DNA of 64,000 nucleotides, taken from contig OZ176050.1 of NCBI GenBank assembly GCA_964247055.1, positions 5,332,001-5,396,000 of the forward strand, written 5' to 3'. This stretch comes from Paragordius varius (lineage: Eukaryota > Animalia > Nematomorpha). Of this stretch, positions 50,016 through 64,000 are shown piece by piece. The notes under the pieces are model-generated. The model worked only from the letters and a program-made list of their open reading frames with translations. It made no database searches and had not been told where the DNA came from. Numbering within the stretch: position 1 is the stretch's first letter; every line of letters starts with the position of its first letter. The position numbers were made by a program, and so were the translations under genes.

Positions 50016-51699
50016 GATTAGTTAGCGGAAAAATATACGAAAATGATTATGTGCTCAAAATTTGGGTATTTATAGGTTTTTTTTCTGTAATGACTTTTCT
50101 GCATTTTTGAAGGATATATTGTTTTGAATTCTCTCAAACCAACGAGATTGATTACATTATTTAAGAAAAAAACAATATATTAATCTTATTTATATATATA
50201 TATTTATTTGGGTTTATAAAAATTCAATGTCAGGTATAAAATAATTATAAAAACAATGTTTATGCATTGTTTTATTTTGTAAGTATATTGATGAATAAAT
50301 GATGTATGTTCGAGGTTATAACTTAATTACCTGATATTTTATCTAATCTGATTGCTTTCAAGCTATTCTTTTAATTAGACACGTTATGTAAGTTTTTTAA
50401 TTATGTAGCAATTTTTCACAAAAATATGTTTTGAATGGGATAAATTTAATATTTAAATTAGTGGAAAATAACATTGAAATCCAAAGTCTTTTAATTTAAA
50501 AACAACTTTGTATAATTCTGTTCTAGTATACTTATATTATTTCTTAAGTACAATGTAATGAGTTTGATATTGGTTATTACACATATTAATTATAAATTAC
50601 CAGAAAAAATATTTTAAGCTAATTGTATAAAAGGGCCAAATTGGAATTTGACTTTGATCTAGGCGCTTATTGCAAACTTTTAAAGAAAAGTAGATTTATC
50701 GAAATTCAACTTATTTTACCTTTCACAATGCTTAAATATGTTACGATGTGAGCATATAAAAATTAATATTGCTGTTATATATAAATGCATATGAGCAGAT
50801 AATAAATATAAAATTACAAAACCAGGGCAGAAAAAGTATTGTGACAAGATAATCTACCAATCATTTACATGGCGATATAGGAATAGTAATGCGGGACCCG
50901 CTGAATTTTGCGGACGGTCCATTATTAGTCTATGACATTCTTTTGTACTGAAATTAAAATAATGCGAAAAGCATGTTGCTGATCATATTTTACTACGGGT
51001 TAGTTAGTTACTTAAGATTACAGAATAAAGTCGCACGAAAATGTAAACTCCGATTGTGGATGTCCAACTGTGAAATTGCTAGCCACATTCTCATATGCAT
51101 CACTTCCTAATACTGTCAAAATAAGATCATATAAATTATAAATCATGTTATACAATATTTTGGGAAAAACCAATACAATGTTGATACTCATAGACCCATT
51201 TTTACCATACCTTATTCAAATAAAGCCAAAAATTTACATTTTTACAGTTTTTTGGCACCAATTACAACTCAGCTAACCAAAAAATAATTGTGCTACTTAC
51301 TAGCTAGGAATCACTATTCATGGTATGTAAATCACAAATTATCAATTTAATCGAAAATCATTGGTAATATACATTTTTTTAAGCTTTCAAATTAATAATA
51401 GTTAATCGAAATTTAATACACACCCTGCATATTGACACGATCAAAATGGCCACATATTGTAAGATTATGTATCCCAGTGCGTCAAAACACTGTAAATAGG
51501 AAATCAGAGATATTTAAATATTTAATTTATTTTTTTAAAGAGAGAATGAGCATTACTTCCAAAATACAAGAGAATAAGAGTTGAAATTAAAACTTAACTT
51601 AAGATAATCAAGCTGGAATCATGGTGACTTGGATTGAGTGTTATGAATATTATCGGTGAGAATAAAAACCTGAATTTCAATCTATTTGTTTGTATTTCC

Positions 51700-52400
51700 A
51701 AGATAATAATAATAATATATAGCATGCTATTATAAACGAGTTATGCCCCTATTCTTGATCCCTAAAGTCTCTATTCTGAGCATCCCAACTATTAACTCAA
51801 GTTTGTTTCAAACCTTTTCTATAATATGATTCTACTTTGTTTGAGAATCTCTCAGTTTGGACCTCCATACAAAACATATCATGCTTTTTTGCTATATATT
51901 TTTCATCTTCCTCTTTTTATACCTAAACCATGTTTGTCATAATATCGCTTACACACACCATTTTAAAATCGCTATAAAGTTATTTCTTTTACTTTCTTCG
52001 TGACTCCACCCATCAGCCTAATTCTCATTTTCGCTACTTCAAAAACTCTATCTTTTTAGTCGCAGTTTGTTAGTTGTACATCATAATGGGCTGAATCATA
52101 CCTCTCATCTTGGGATCAATGTTTTGCCACAAACTACATTACAAATTTTTGCACACTAGCCTATTGTTTACATCGTAGGTATTTACCTTCAGCGCTCAAT
52201 TAAGATACGTTAATTGTATGCGGAAAGCCACAAACTCTGTTTTACCCTTGTTTATCCTCGATAAACAATTCTTCCAGACAGCTGATAAGCTTTTCTTTAA
52301 GTAAATCCAAACTTCTATATATAAGACTAAGATGGTCAATTATATAACATGGATTTATATATTTTTGCGATATCGCTTTCTATGAGTGTGCCAAACCAGA
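51700..52400 (-). pseudogene. Decayed RTE-like LINE 3' fragment
   Basis: The minus strand gives MRIRLMGGVTKK and QTWFRYKKRK, resembling RTE motifs MRMLRWMxGVTR and LRWFGHVxRR. Many stops. Confidence 0.45.
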
Positions 52401-52943
52401 TTTAGATTTTTTCAACTATTTTCTACATCAACATATGGAAAATTGTCGGTCGCCTTGTTTGACTTTATAGTAGGTTTAGAAGCTTACAAACAGGTCCACC
52501 ATATATTTCACTAATACATTTTTTTTATTCCAGGGCCAACGTCAATTTTCATCTTGAGTTCAACTTAAGTCATATTCAAAAAATATTTTTGTATAATTAA
52601 TAGGTTAGATATGTTTTCGGGAAGTTTTTAGCCTTTGCATTTTTTCTTTTCACCACTGAAATGGTGTAATAACAATCACTTGAGTGCAAAAATAATGGCT
52701 AATAATAATGTTTAAAAGCCAATTTTTTAATCATCTAATACTAAAATCAGCTGTTAATATCTTAACATAAAAGTTCGCCATTTTGTAAGTAAAAACATTG
52801 CATTGAAAAATGGCAAAATAAAATAAATTTTAATAGAAAAATGGATCGGGATTTTCATGGCTATTTTGGCTTTGGAGGTTCCAAGTCGTTTATTTTTTAT
52901 TATTATGTTAAGTCCTTTGTGATAAGAACTATTCACGTTCTAT

Positions 52944-54651
52944 CAGTGGCGGAACTATAAATTTTGGGCCCCTCTCAATTCAGGCTGAGGCTTCTCACAC
53001 CCCCCCAAAAAATATCTAGAAACTATATATTTTTTTGTTTGATTATGCCGTAAGTTTGATTAAAAGCATGACCAATTTGTTAGCTCTTTTCACCTGGCGC
53101 ATTACTTAGATTCGTAAAGAAAATTTCATATTAAAAAATGATAATACTTAAATGACTTGGCATCCTGATTCTAAAAACTATGCATTGATAAAAAAGTTTG
53201 CAGAATTTATCGTTATATAAGGCGCAAATGGGGGATAATTGGATGAAAAAGATATGATCGAGAAAAGGAAATTTAAAAATATTTGATTAAATTAATAGAT
53301 GATAATTAGGCAGAGTTTTTGTATAAGAAAATATGCTTTAAAATTTGGCTTCCTCGATTTTGCTTGAGCAAATTGTCTAATTTTACTTTTTTATTCCATT
53401 TGATCTCTAGTAACGATAAATTGATCAATCTTTTTTCATCCATCGTCTTTTAATATAATTTTTAATTATTTTTAACTTTGAGAGACAACGTTCCGCTCCA
53501 GCAACCGTAACTCGTAAAGTCAAATACCATAATAATGTTTTATTACCCAATATGTTTTTAAAATGTCTTTCATATATGATTCATAGAATCTGGATAGTTG
53601 TAGGACATCACAGACATTCGTGATATCGTCGATTGATGTATTTGAAAAATTATACAAATTTTTTTTTGTTTCTGTTTGTAATATGATCGTATGTGTAAAA
53701 CTAATTGTATATTAGCCATACATGATTATATATATCATTAATTAGATGGCCTATATTATATTTATCTTAGAATTTAAAAAGAAAACAGTGGCCCCTGGCT
53801 CTGAAGGAAATGCCTATTTCCTCATTGAGAAAAATATAATTTAAAAGTTAAATTGTCAAAACTACATTAAAAGTAACTATTGCAGAGTTTTAAATAATAA
53901 TGTGAATAGAATTAAATTATAATCTGATTGTAACTATTTTGATTTAATAGAGCTAAAAAATTATCTGTAAAAATTTTATTTTAATTCTAATTAAATTGAA
54001 ATACCTAACATTTTTAACAGACGTGGCCCGACCCTTCAAAATATTTATGTAACCCGCAAGGAAATCTTACAATTTACGAAATCCAACTAATTTTCCAAAC
54101 AAATTGTTTTTCCGATTTTAGTAAAAAAATGGTTTTTACAGCCTTATGTTTAAAATTTAATAAAATATTTGTGGACACCCATATATTTTGCGAATGCGGC
54201 CCCGGATCCAAAAATGAGGCCCCTCAAGCCATTTGAACTTATAATAACGAAATTCATAGCGTTTAATAATTTTACATGAAATTATAAGCTTCACTTAAAT
54301 TTTGGTATCAACTATAATGCCATTTATTTTTTTAACTATTTTCTCAGTTTTTTTTGAAAGTGTTAATTGGAGAGTATTTAAAGATTCAATGGATTAATTT
54401 TATCTAATTATAGTAAAACTGTTTATTGAGATATAGATACAAAAAAATTCATTTTCGCTTTTTCTTTCTTATCAATAAAAATTCTGTATTTTTTGTCAAA
54501 ATTATCACAATCAGGCAATCTTTATTAACATATAATGTAAATAAAAAATTATTAATTTTTGGGCCCCTCTACAAAGCCCAAAATTTAAAATTTAAAGAAA
54601 TTTAAAAGGGCCCCCCTCCACTACCCGCTACTCCCCGTAGTTTCGCCACTG
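52944..54651 (-). mobile_element. Internally deleted hAT (ZMYM1-like transposase relic)
   Basis: TSD CGTTCTAT/TGTTCTAT; TIR CAGTGGCG(G/A)AACTA. Minus strand ~53335-53535 reads LTLRVTVAGAERCLSKLKIIKNY..TMDEKRL..FAQAKSRK with frameshifts. Confidence 0.85.
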
Positions 54652-54779
54652 TGTTCTATATTAACTCGTAAGATGGGTCCTTTTTTAAAAAGCCGAGATA
54701 GAGCGGATTTTTTATATAAATTATAATTACCAAATAAAATATTTTGGCATTACTGTTAAAATTATTGGGTAAAGTTTAA

Positions 54780-55856
54780 CACTTCGATTTAAATTGGAGC
54801 ATCTAAACACCTACTAAGTTTAAATTAAAATTTTTAGAAAACTACTGAAGGGAGCGGCCCCAATTTAATTTTATGCTTCCCTAATCTCAATTATATAAAT
54901 AAGCTAAAATACCAAAATAAAATTTCGATTCGAAAAAAAAATTTGATGTCAAAATACTTCGACGCCATTTTTATTAGGGTATTAAGGCTAATATTTTATT
55001 CTAATCACATCTAACATTAAAGAAAGAGAAAAAATGGTTTATTTATATTTTTTTTCAATTTAGATAATGCACCCATGTCACGTTTAATTTTTTATCTATG
55101 GGTTTTACCTTTAACACTTGGATGAAACACATTCATTTTTGTCCTTCGATTCAAATTGGGGTAGTTAAATACCCCAGGCCTGTTTAAAATTAAATTCTTT
55201 AAAAAATATGGAAGGAATCGAAACCATGGCAAAATTTTGCACTTTTATAACATTAATAAACCGAATAAAAAATTTTATTCAAAAATACTTGATATTACTT
55301 ATTTTAATCTAAAATGAGCAATAAAAATTTCGTCAACGTGACATGTGTGCAGTAAAATTGAAAAATACTACAAAATACACCGCTTTTTCTATTTCCTTAG
55401 ATGTAATTTAAATAAAAAATTAGCTTTAATTTTACCCTTAAAATTAAATGAAGACGATATTTTGCAAAAATTTTGTAAAATCGAAATGGCGTCGAAGTAG
55501 TTTGACATGGAACTTTTTTTTCAAAACTAAATTTTTTTTGAATATTTTGGCACATTTATATAATTTTTATTAGGATATAAGCATAATTTTAAATTGAAAC
55601 CGTTTCCTTCAGTAGTTTTCTAAAAAGCCTAACTCAATAGTCTGGGGTATTTGGATACCCAATTTGAATCGAGGTGTTAAATAAGTAATATCAAGTATTT
55701 TTAATTTTTTTATATATTCCTTTAATATTATATAATGCAATTCGCCATGATCTCGATTCCTTCCATATTTTTTAAAGTATCTAAATTTAAACAGGCCTGG
55801 GGTATCCAACTACCCCAATTTGAATCGACGGACTGAAATGTATGTGTTGCTAAGTG
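54780..55856. mobile_element. Family-A MITE interrupted by a second, oppositely oriented copy (55115-55676)
   Basis: Outer TTAA 54776-54779 and 55857-55860; inner TSD TTAA 55111-55114 and 55677-55680; the host sequence resumes after the insert. Confidence 0.85.
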
Positions 55857-55984
55857 TTAAAGCGTATTTATCTATATTTGAAGCATGAATGATTTAATAT
55901 ATTTTTGAAACATACTACTATAATTTGATGCTGCTGGAAATTTCTATCAAAATTTTGTTAAAATTATTCCGCTATCAAATTTAA

Positions 55985-57053
55985 CACTTGGATACAACAT
56001 ATTCATTTCAGTCCTCTGATTCAAATTGTGGTCTTTTTGGACCCCAGTCCTGTTTAAATTTAAATGCCAAATTAAAACCATTGCAAAAATTTGCACTTGA
56101 TGCGCCCAAATATAAAATGATACATGGATAAATCTCAAGGCCAAAATTTATATGTACATTAGCTAAATATAAAAATGCAAAATAAACCACTTCTTCTATA
56201 TCACTTCGATTCAAATTGGGGTATCTAAATACCCCAGACTAAATTTGAGTTACGATTTTTAAAAAACTACTGAAGGAAACGGTCCTAATTTAAATTTATG
56301 CTTCTATCCTAATAAAAATTATATAAATATGCCAAAATTTATATATAAAATTTTGTTTTGAAAAAAAAGCTCCATGTCAAACTACTTGGACGCCATTTTT
56401 ATTTTACAAAATTTTTGCAAAATATCGTCTTCATTTAGTTTTAAGGGTAAAATTAAAGCTATTTTTTTATTTAAATTAAATCTAACATTGATAGAAATAG
56501 AAAACGCGGTTTATTTTGCATTATTTTTAAATTTTACAATTGCACACATGCCACATTGAGTAAATTTTTACCTTTCGGTTTTAGCTTAAAATAAGTAATA
56601 TCAAGTATTTTTGAATAAATTTTTTTATATAATTCGGATTATTAATGTTATATAAGTGCAAAATTTTGCCACGGTTTCGATTCCTTCCATATTTTTTAAA
56701 GAATTTAATTTTAAATAGACCTGGGGTATTTAACTACCCCAATTTGAATCGAAGGACTAAAATGAATATGTTGTATCCAAGTGATATACCAATGTTGATG
56801 ATCAATATAAAATTTTGCTTTTTCAGCGGTAGAATATACGATATTTCGCATAAATGTTGTAAAATAAAAATGGCTGCGAAGTTTTTGATATGGACCTTTT
56901 TCAAAACTTAATTTTTTAGATATTACAGCTTATTTATAATATTTATTAGGATAGAACCAAAATTTAAACTGGAACCGTTTTTTCAGTAGTTTTTTAAAAT
57001 ATTAACTTAAATATAGTTTGGGGTTACTAGATACCCTAATTTGAATCAAAATG
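55985..57053. mobile_element. Family-A MITE interrupted by a second, oppositely oriented copy (56202-56783)
   Basis: Outer TTAA 55981-55984 and 57054-57057; inner 4-bp TSD ATAT 56198-56201 and 56784-56787. Confidence 0.85.
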
Positions 57054-57683
57054 TTAACTTATATTTGATGCGAAAGATTTTTTTTTAAACGAATTTCTGA
57101 TGCAAAAATTTCAGCAGTATGATGCAGAAAAATTATTTTGGGTATAATATTGATATTATTCAGCTATAATTGTTTATCAAAAAATATCCAATTATTATTC
57201 TTTTAAAATATTTACACCATTTGGAGTAAGCATCAAAATACCATGAACCTCTTTTTACCATGATTTTAATAATATTTGAATAGTATGGATTTACCAAAAT
57301 TTTTTTTTATAAAATTATTCTAAAAAGCGTTAACGAGCAACGGCATTGCGTTTATTTTCGAAAAACTTGACTAATTGAGGGTCAAATTTAAAACCTACAG
57401 AGCCTACGTTTAAATATATAATCTTTGTCTTCTTTTAATATATTCATGACATAGTTTAACTTTATATTTAGGAATGAAGTATCTAGCTCTTACCAGAAAA
57501 TTACATGTGCGGTAATTTTGCAAATTTTAGATTGAAAGCGCCACCAAAACACAAATAACCTTGCCCAAAAGCAAAGTTTCTAATATCTTAATACATTTTT
57601 AGATCACAATATATATAATTTATTAGGTTATATCGTACCACACGGTTACATCAAGCATACAACGTTTTTGTGTGTGCCTAAGC

Positions 57684-60600
57684 ATGACTGACCGTACTTT
57701 TGAATCGCTAAAAGGCGATATTTCTGATAATACCTTAAAAGCCATAAAAGATATTGGATATGCGACAATGACAGAAATTCAATATAAATGCATTCCATAT
57801 TTATTGAAAGGAAAGTAATTATTATATTTAAATTTTAAGAGATTTAGTTGGCTCTGCAAAAACGGGTAGTGGGAAAACCTTAGCCTTTTTAGTGCCCGCT
57901 ATTGAATTGATTCATAAATTAAAATTTTTGCCCAGAAATGGCACAGGTTGTATTATATTGTCACCCACTCGTGAACTTTCTATTCAAACATTTGGGGTAT
58001 TACGTGAACTATTGAAATATCATTCACATACTTTTGGCCTAATAATGGGCGGTGCTAATAGAAAAGAGGAAAAAGAAAAATTGTCGAAAGGCATCAATTT
58101 TATTGTCGCTACTCCTGGCCGTTTGTTAGATCATATGCAAGTATATATTAAATAAATTTTTTTTAGATTGTTTTAATCTTATAATCGATTATTAAGAAAA
58201 TTTTTTTAATAATTTAGTAAATGCTCCTCTTTTTAATTAAATTTCTGGGTAGATTTTTATATTTATAAACATACAAGAAGCTAAAAAGGTATAATCATAG
58301 CTCTCAGTCAATCCAGTCCATATTTTAACTATTACCGCTAAATATATTTATCTTTTTTTTTCTGTTGCCCAATACCCTTTTTTAAAATATTTTAATTACT
58401 CTTTTACCTACCAAATTGATCTCCGAATTGTTTTTTTTTCAAGTCGCCTTAAGATTTGAAATTTTTTACTGGATTTAGTATATCTATTATTTAATTTACA
58501 ACTAGAGCCAAAATTTTTCATATTGTATATTTGTTTTAGAAAACATTTGATTTTTAAAATTGTTTTTTTTTGCAATAGAAACTTTAAATAATTTTGGGAC
58601 ATGAATTTTTATAATTTATTATATTCATATAGTTAAATTTGAAATGTCTTTCTTAATTAAAATTATCGAGAAATAAACATTACATTATCATTACTATCAA
58701 ACTAGCCTTTTTTGATTTTTACAATTTCAAGTTGGATTATAATTATTCCATTTTTTGATTAATGGATATTATGGTAAAGTGGGTGGGCGTCCGACTCATG
58801 TTTTGTGTCTATGAAGTTCAAACTCCGTAAATGCAGATTTTTTCATAATCACTATCAGCCCTTTAAAGTCTTTGTAAAGTTTTTTGGAAATAAGGAAAAA
58901 GCTATAAAATGTTAATTTTTTCCATAAATTTTGAAAATCAATAATTCTTCTAATCATAGTTTTATAAAAAATTTCTTTTTACTGTTTTATTCGCATAAAT
59001 TTAGAAGGAGGTCTTTTTCTATGTTAGAATGAATATTATCATTCATTATTATTTATCAGGGATTGATCCCGATTTAAACATTTTTTTTGTTTCCAATTCC
59101 GGTTTCACTGTTTTCGGTCAAACAGTTTTTCTGTCTATTTTTAAAATTTAGTGATAGCCCATTATTTTGATACAATGCGGATCGAATGTGTAAAATATAT
59201 GAATATAAAGATGAAATTTTATGTTGTTTTTTGAAAAAAAATCGATAAAAAACTTTTAAATATGGTGGGAAAAACGAAATATTTAACGTTTACTACCTTG
59301 TGCCAAGGAATATTGTTTAAAACAGTTTCTCTTCTAACCCCCTGTTTTTTGTTCATTACGATATTAAAAATATCCCTTAATACCATCTTTAAAATTGGGC
59401 AAACATTATAATCAAAAAAGATTAGTTTTTAATGTGATTAAACAAACGCCGGTCTTTATACATATTTCTCTTATGGGATATATTTTTAATAATCTTTAAT
59501 AATTAAAACATCTGCATCAAAAAAATTTTTATAGCAAAAAAACAATATTATTTTTACAGTATGACATAATATTGGTGGATCTTAAATAAAAAATAAAGTT
59601 GGAATATTTTTTTCCCAAGGAAATATGAAATTGTGAGGGATAAATGAATTTGTAATGAAAATATGTTATATATAGTACCCTCGCAAAATATCGCTTTTTA
59701 AGGGTAGAATTATTTGTTTTAAGGAAACACCATAAAAGCTTTATCACTCGTCTGTACAAGCTCACAATGTTCATGGATCGTAAAATTAGGATGATTACTA
59801 AAGTTTTTATGAAATTTATTTATACATAGAAATTGGCTTTCGATTTGAATATCAATAAGACTATTTAATTTTTTATTATGTTATAAATATATATATGTAA
59901 TTTCCTAAAATTAGAGTTAAGAATCTCTATATTATATAATATTTTTTGTTTTTTGGCAAATTTCAAAAAAATTTTGTTCACCAAAGACACCGACTAGATG
60001 TTTACCACTTTGAAGCATTTTTGATTTATTTATGGTATAACCTATTATTTATATGATATAGTAATTATAAAATAAGCCAAAATAAATTTATTTGTTTAGT
60101 AAAGCCTTTTATATTTAATATAACAAAATTTTACAGTCAACGCCAGAGTTTACATATAAAAATCTGCAATGTTTGGTCATTGATGAAGCCGATCGCATTC
60201 TTGACATTGGATTTGAAGAAGATTTAAAACAAATTATCCGATTGTTGCCAAGTAATTTTATAACCCCATAAAGTCAACAGGAAAAGAATAAATAATTTCA
60301 CTCTTTTAATTACCTCCTTCTTCCTTATATAATGGCGTTTCTATATATCTAAAATTATATTTATTTTGTAAGTATTATTATCAAAAAGTTTCTTTTCTGG
60401 TTTTAGCATTTTTGTCCCATTTTAAAATTTGGTTTTTTTTTTCAATTTATACCTTCGTGACTGACTGCATTTGATAATTAATTTTGTTCAAAAATATTTT
60501 AACATCCTAATTACTTATCATTAAATAGCCATATTGCATTAGCAAAAAGATAAAAGATATTCATGACTCCTAAAAAGTTTTGATTTGGGATCACAAGATT

Positions 60601-63600
60601 GACTTCAATTTTATGATTATACTAGCTTATTTTTGAATATATTATTTGTTAGAACAAAGGCAAACAATGCTGTTTTCAGCTACCATAACGAACAAAATTG
60701 AAGCTATCGTTAAATTGGCATTACAGCATGATCCACTTTATGTCGGGGTTGATGATGACAAAAAATTGGCTACCGTAGAAGGATTACAGCAGGTTAATTT
60801 TCACATACATATAATGTTAAGTTGTCATTTATCTCCTTATTTTAATTGTTACCATGTCATAATTTCATCGTTTGGCTATATCCTTTTGTAATTGTTTTTG
60901 TCAAACATTTCAATTTAATGTTTAGGGTTACGCAATATGTCCATCTGAAAAACGATTTTGTCTCCTTTACACTTTTCTTAAAAAGTATCAAAGTAAAAAG
61001 ATTATGGTCTTTTTCAGTTCCTGCATGTCAGTCAAATTTCATTATGAGCTCCTTAATTACGTGGACATCACATGCGAATGCATTCACGTATATTACATAA
61101 TTTTATAAAATTGAAACTCTAGTAGTTTAATTAAAAAAATTCTAAAAAATTAATTTATAATACAAAGGAAAAAGAGACTATCCTTTACCAAACTACCTTA
61201 TTTAAATATTTTTTATGCTTCTTATTATTATTATTGTTACATGTCATTTTTTGGTTAACTTTAATATTGTTATAAAATGTTAATTTTTATATTTCATAAT
61301 TGTTAACTTAATTTTTCATTGATGTTGTTAAAAAGTATTTTTACCATTATTTATATGCTATGAATAGTATCAAATTTTTAAATAAAAAATTGATTTAATG
61401 ATCAAGATGAAGCCAGTATATCATTATTTTAAAACGGTTTAAGATGTTTATTAAATATATATATGGCCAATCAGGGTAGAGGGTACATCAAAACAATAAA
61501 GGAATAGAGAAAACTTGTTTTTAATGAAAAAAAAAATGTTTATTAGTTGCCTAATATGTTTGACAGGGCCAACAAAAACAGATGAAAAGGAGTGATACCT
61601 TTTTCAAGTTTGTGCAAGCTGAATCTGGCATTCTGCTTTGCACAGATGTTGCTGCCCGTGGTTTAGATATACCATGTGTAGATTGGATCGTACAATACGA
61701 TCCCCCAGATGATCCAAAGGTATTTTAAATATAAATTTTTATTTTGTTGTAAATGCACTCACTACGTATTAAAATAGTTTTATCAATATTGCCATATGAT
61801 AGATACAACAAATAGCATTATTATTCTTATTATTGGTAATAGCCAAAAATGAATACAATAATTTCAAGCGGCGAAAATTTGACTCTTTAATAAATTTATA
61901 ATTATGTTCTTTTATTATTCACGATGTTAATACGAATCTTATTTAATTCCATTCGTCGCCACCCACACAATTTATACCAATACTATTAGTCTTTGCTGTG
62001 AATGCTATCTTTTAGTATTTAATATAAAACTAGCACATTTTACTACACTGTAAATTTTATAAAAGAGTGAGGTTATTATTTACACAATATTTTTTGAATG
62101 TGCCACCATATCCATGAATATGACTATGTTAAATAAGCTAATACATTGTAAAAATATGTTTCTACACCGCATGGAACGATGGTGCATCTATTATTTAAAT
62201 AAACCATAAATTAATTATAAAGCTAGATTATTCTTAAACTAGAACCCCTTATTTATCGGAATCATATATATAAATATAACCTTCTTTTTAACTGCTAGTT
62301 TTGAGTTATAATCATTTTTGTCTAATAGTAAAGTATATATTTTTTTCCATAATTTCTGACTGAAAGCATATTTAATAATTGATCTTAATTGAGTTTAAAG
62401 ATTTCTATATATATCGCTATTTATATATGTCATTTAAGGCATATAATATCATTTATTATCATTTTATAATACTTGTGCTTGTCACCCTTTTAGATTATTA
62501 CTTTGAGGATTTGATTCTAGCATTGTTTTGGCATATTATTACAGCGTACAGTTTAATGTACCTTGTTATCCGTTTTGTTATTATATTTCATAATGACTTC
62601 ATCTCCATTTAATTAAATAACTTGGGTGTTACTCACGTTTCACTATGAATCTTTCAACTTATATTTCTATGTACTTCAATATTTGCCCATGGCTTTGTAT
62701 TTTATTCATTCCTATATATTTTACATAATATATAGGAATACATACACCGAGTAGGTCGTACAGCCCGTGGATATGTCATTAACGAAGAAAAGAAAAACGA
62801 AAGTTCAACAGCACTCAAAACACAAACAGGAAACGCCATTTTAATTCTAAGACCGGATGAAGCTGGCTTTTTGTTATATCTCAAAGAAGCCAAAGTTGAA
62901 TTAAATGAATATGAATTTAACTGGAATAAAATTTCCGATATACAACAACAGGTTATACCATATTTTATCATTATTGGCTTATTATTTCGAACCATAAAAT
63001 GAAAAAAATGTCGTTAATGGGAAATCTTTAACTAAAAGTTGTTTCACGTCAGATTTTATTGTATGAATTTTCTTCTGATATAAGAATTTATTATTTTGTG
63101 TAGACTTTAAATAATTTTAATATTTTTTGTATGACTTACATATTGCTACAAATTGGTCGTTTTAATTTATACGCTTACTCTTTTTAACATTAACAAAATA
63201 TTTGTTAGTTATATTTTTAGCTTTTACCATATTTTTAGTTCGAAGAACTAATTGCATCAAATCATTATTTGCATCAATCAGCAATTAAAGCGTTTACATC
63301 TTTCATACGCTCCTATGCATCACTGAGTTTAAAAAAGGTTTTTGATGTTCAGACGCTAGATTTGGTTGCTGTTGCTAAATCATTTGGATTTACCAATCCA
63401 CCTTCTGTAGATTTAGGTAAATGCATTTTAACATTTTATAGGTGTATACTATTCCAAAAAATCAGAAAAGCGCAAAAGACTTGAAAATCCAAAACATTCA
63501 AATCCTTCAGTCAAGAAGAAAATGGGAATACTTAAAAAAATGGATCATGAAACAAAGAGTAAAAAATTTGGAAAGGGACGTTCCAAATTTTGTCGATATT

Positions 63601-63602
63601 AA
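57684..63602 (+). CDS. DDX18: DEAD-box RNA helicase DDX18/HAS1/pitchoune, ~518 aa, 9 exons
   Basis: Exons 57684-57814, 57840-58140, 60137-60251, 60653-60792, 60926-61087, 61567-61719, 62736-62951, 63239-63416, 63442-63602 (1557 nt). Q motif, [69 protein letters not shown]. Confidence 0.95.
57815..57839 (+). other. 25-nt intron (DDX18 i1)
   Basis: GTAATTATTATATTTAAATTTTAAG; removal joins [18 protein letters not shown] with no gap. Confidence 0.92.
63417..63441 (+). other. 25-nt intron (DDX18 last)
   Basis: GTAAATGCATTTTAACATTTTATAG; opens a Lys-rich C-terminal exon. Confidence 0.75.
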
Positions 63603-64000
63603 TACTATTTTAATAAATAAAACATATATTATATTTCCATAAATATTTAAAATAATGCTTAATCGCCGACACTTAACACCTTTTATAAAATAGAAGTTTT
63701 TTCAAAAATAGTCTGAATATTTTATTTTTGAAGGAGCAATTTTCGGACAATGTAAAACGATCTTATTTTTGCTCTTTATCTTGGCTTTTGGGCAAATCTA
63801 CATATATTATACTGGTCAATAGAAGATTGTTCTGCATCGAATAATTGTATATAAAATATTTTATTTATATATTGGAGTTAGTAAAAATTATACGTTTCTT
63901 CCGCTTTGGTGAATTACCAAAACGTTATGAATATAAGGCTTAAATCATTTTTCAAGCGCCATAAATTCCCTAATTTATATATATCTACGTATTAATACTT

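Noticed and set aside
58141-63238. Intronic snoRNAs in DDX18, plausible for a ribosome-biogenesis host
   Set aside because: No convincing box C/D pair with terminal stem or H/ACA structure by eye; needs a snoRNA covariance search

Overview
AT-rich metazoan genomic window; the exact lineage cannot be determined from sequence alone. Spliced gene models were built by hand from GT-AG sites and frame continuity. They are: a 25-exon NACHT/WD40 gene (NWD/qui-1-like, +, ~2971-21792); BOLA1 (-, invisible in the ORF track); MRPS31 (+); an intronless class-A-like GPCR (-); tRNA-Leu(TAA) (-); MRPS21 immediately followed by GADD45GIP1/mL64 (+); an orphan secreted Gly-rich protein (-); and DDX18/HAS1 (+). 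The rest is dense with DNA transposons: Buster and other hAT elements with 8-bp TSDs, TTAA-targeting MITEs including nested self-insertions, a foldback with 21-bp-repeat arms, paired Helitrons, and mariner and retroelement relics. Two observations stand out. (1) Nine ultra-short GT-AG introns (21-26 nt) are needed to restore conserved proteins in five genes, and they share transcripts with introns of up to 3 kb. (2) MRPS21 and mL64 are packed stop-to-start, with an in-frame acceptor that could let them share exon 1.
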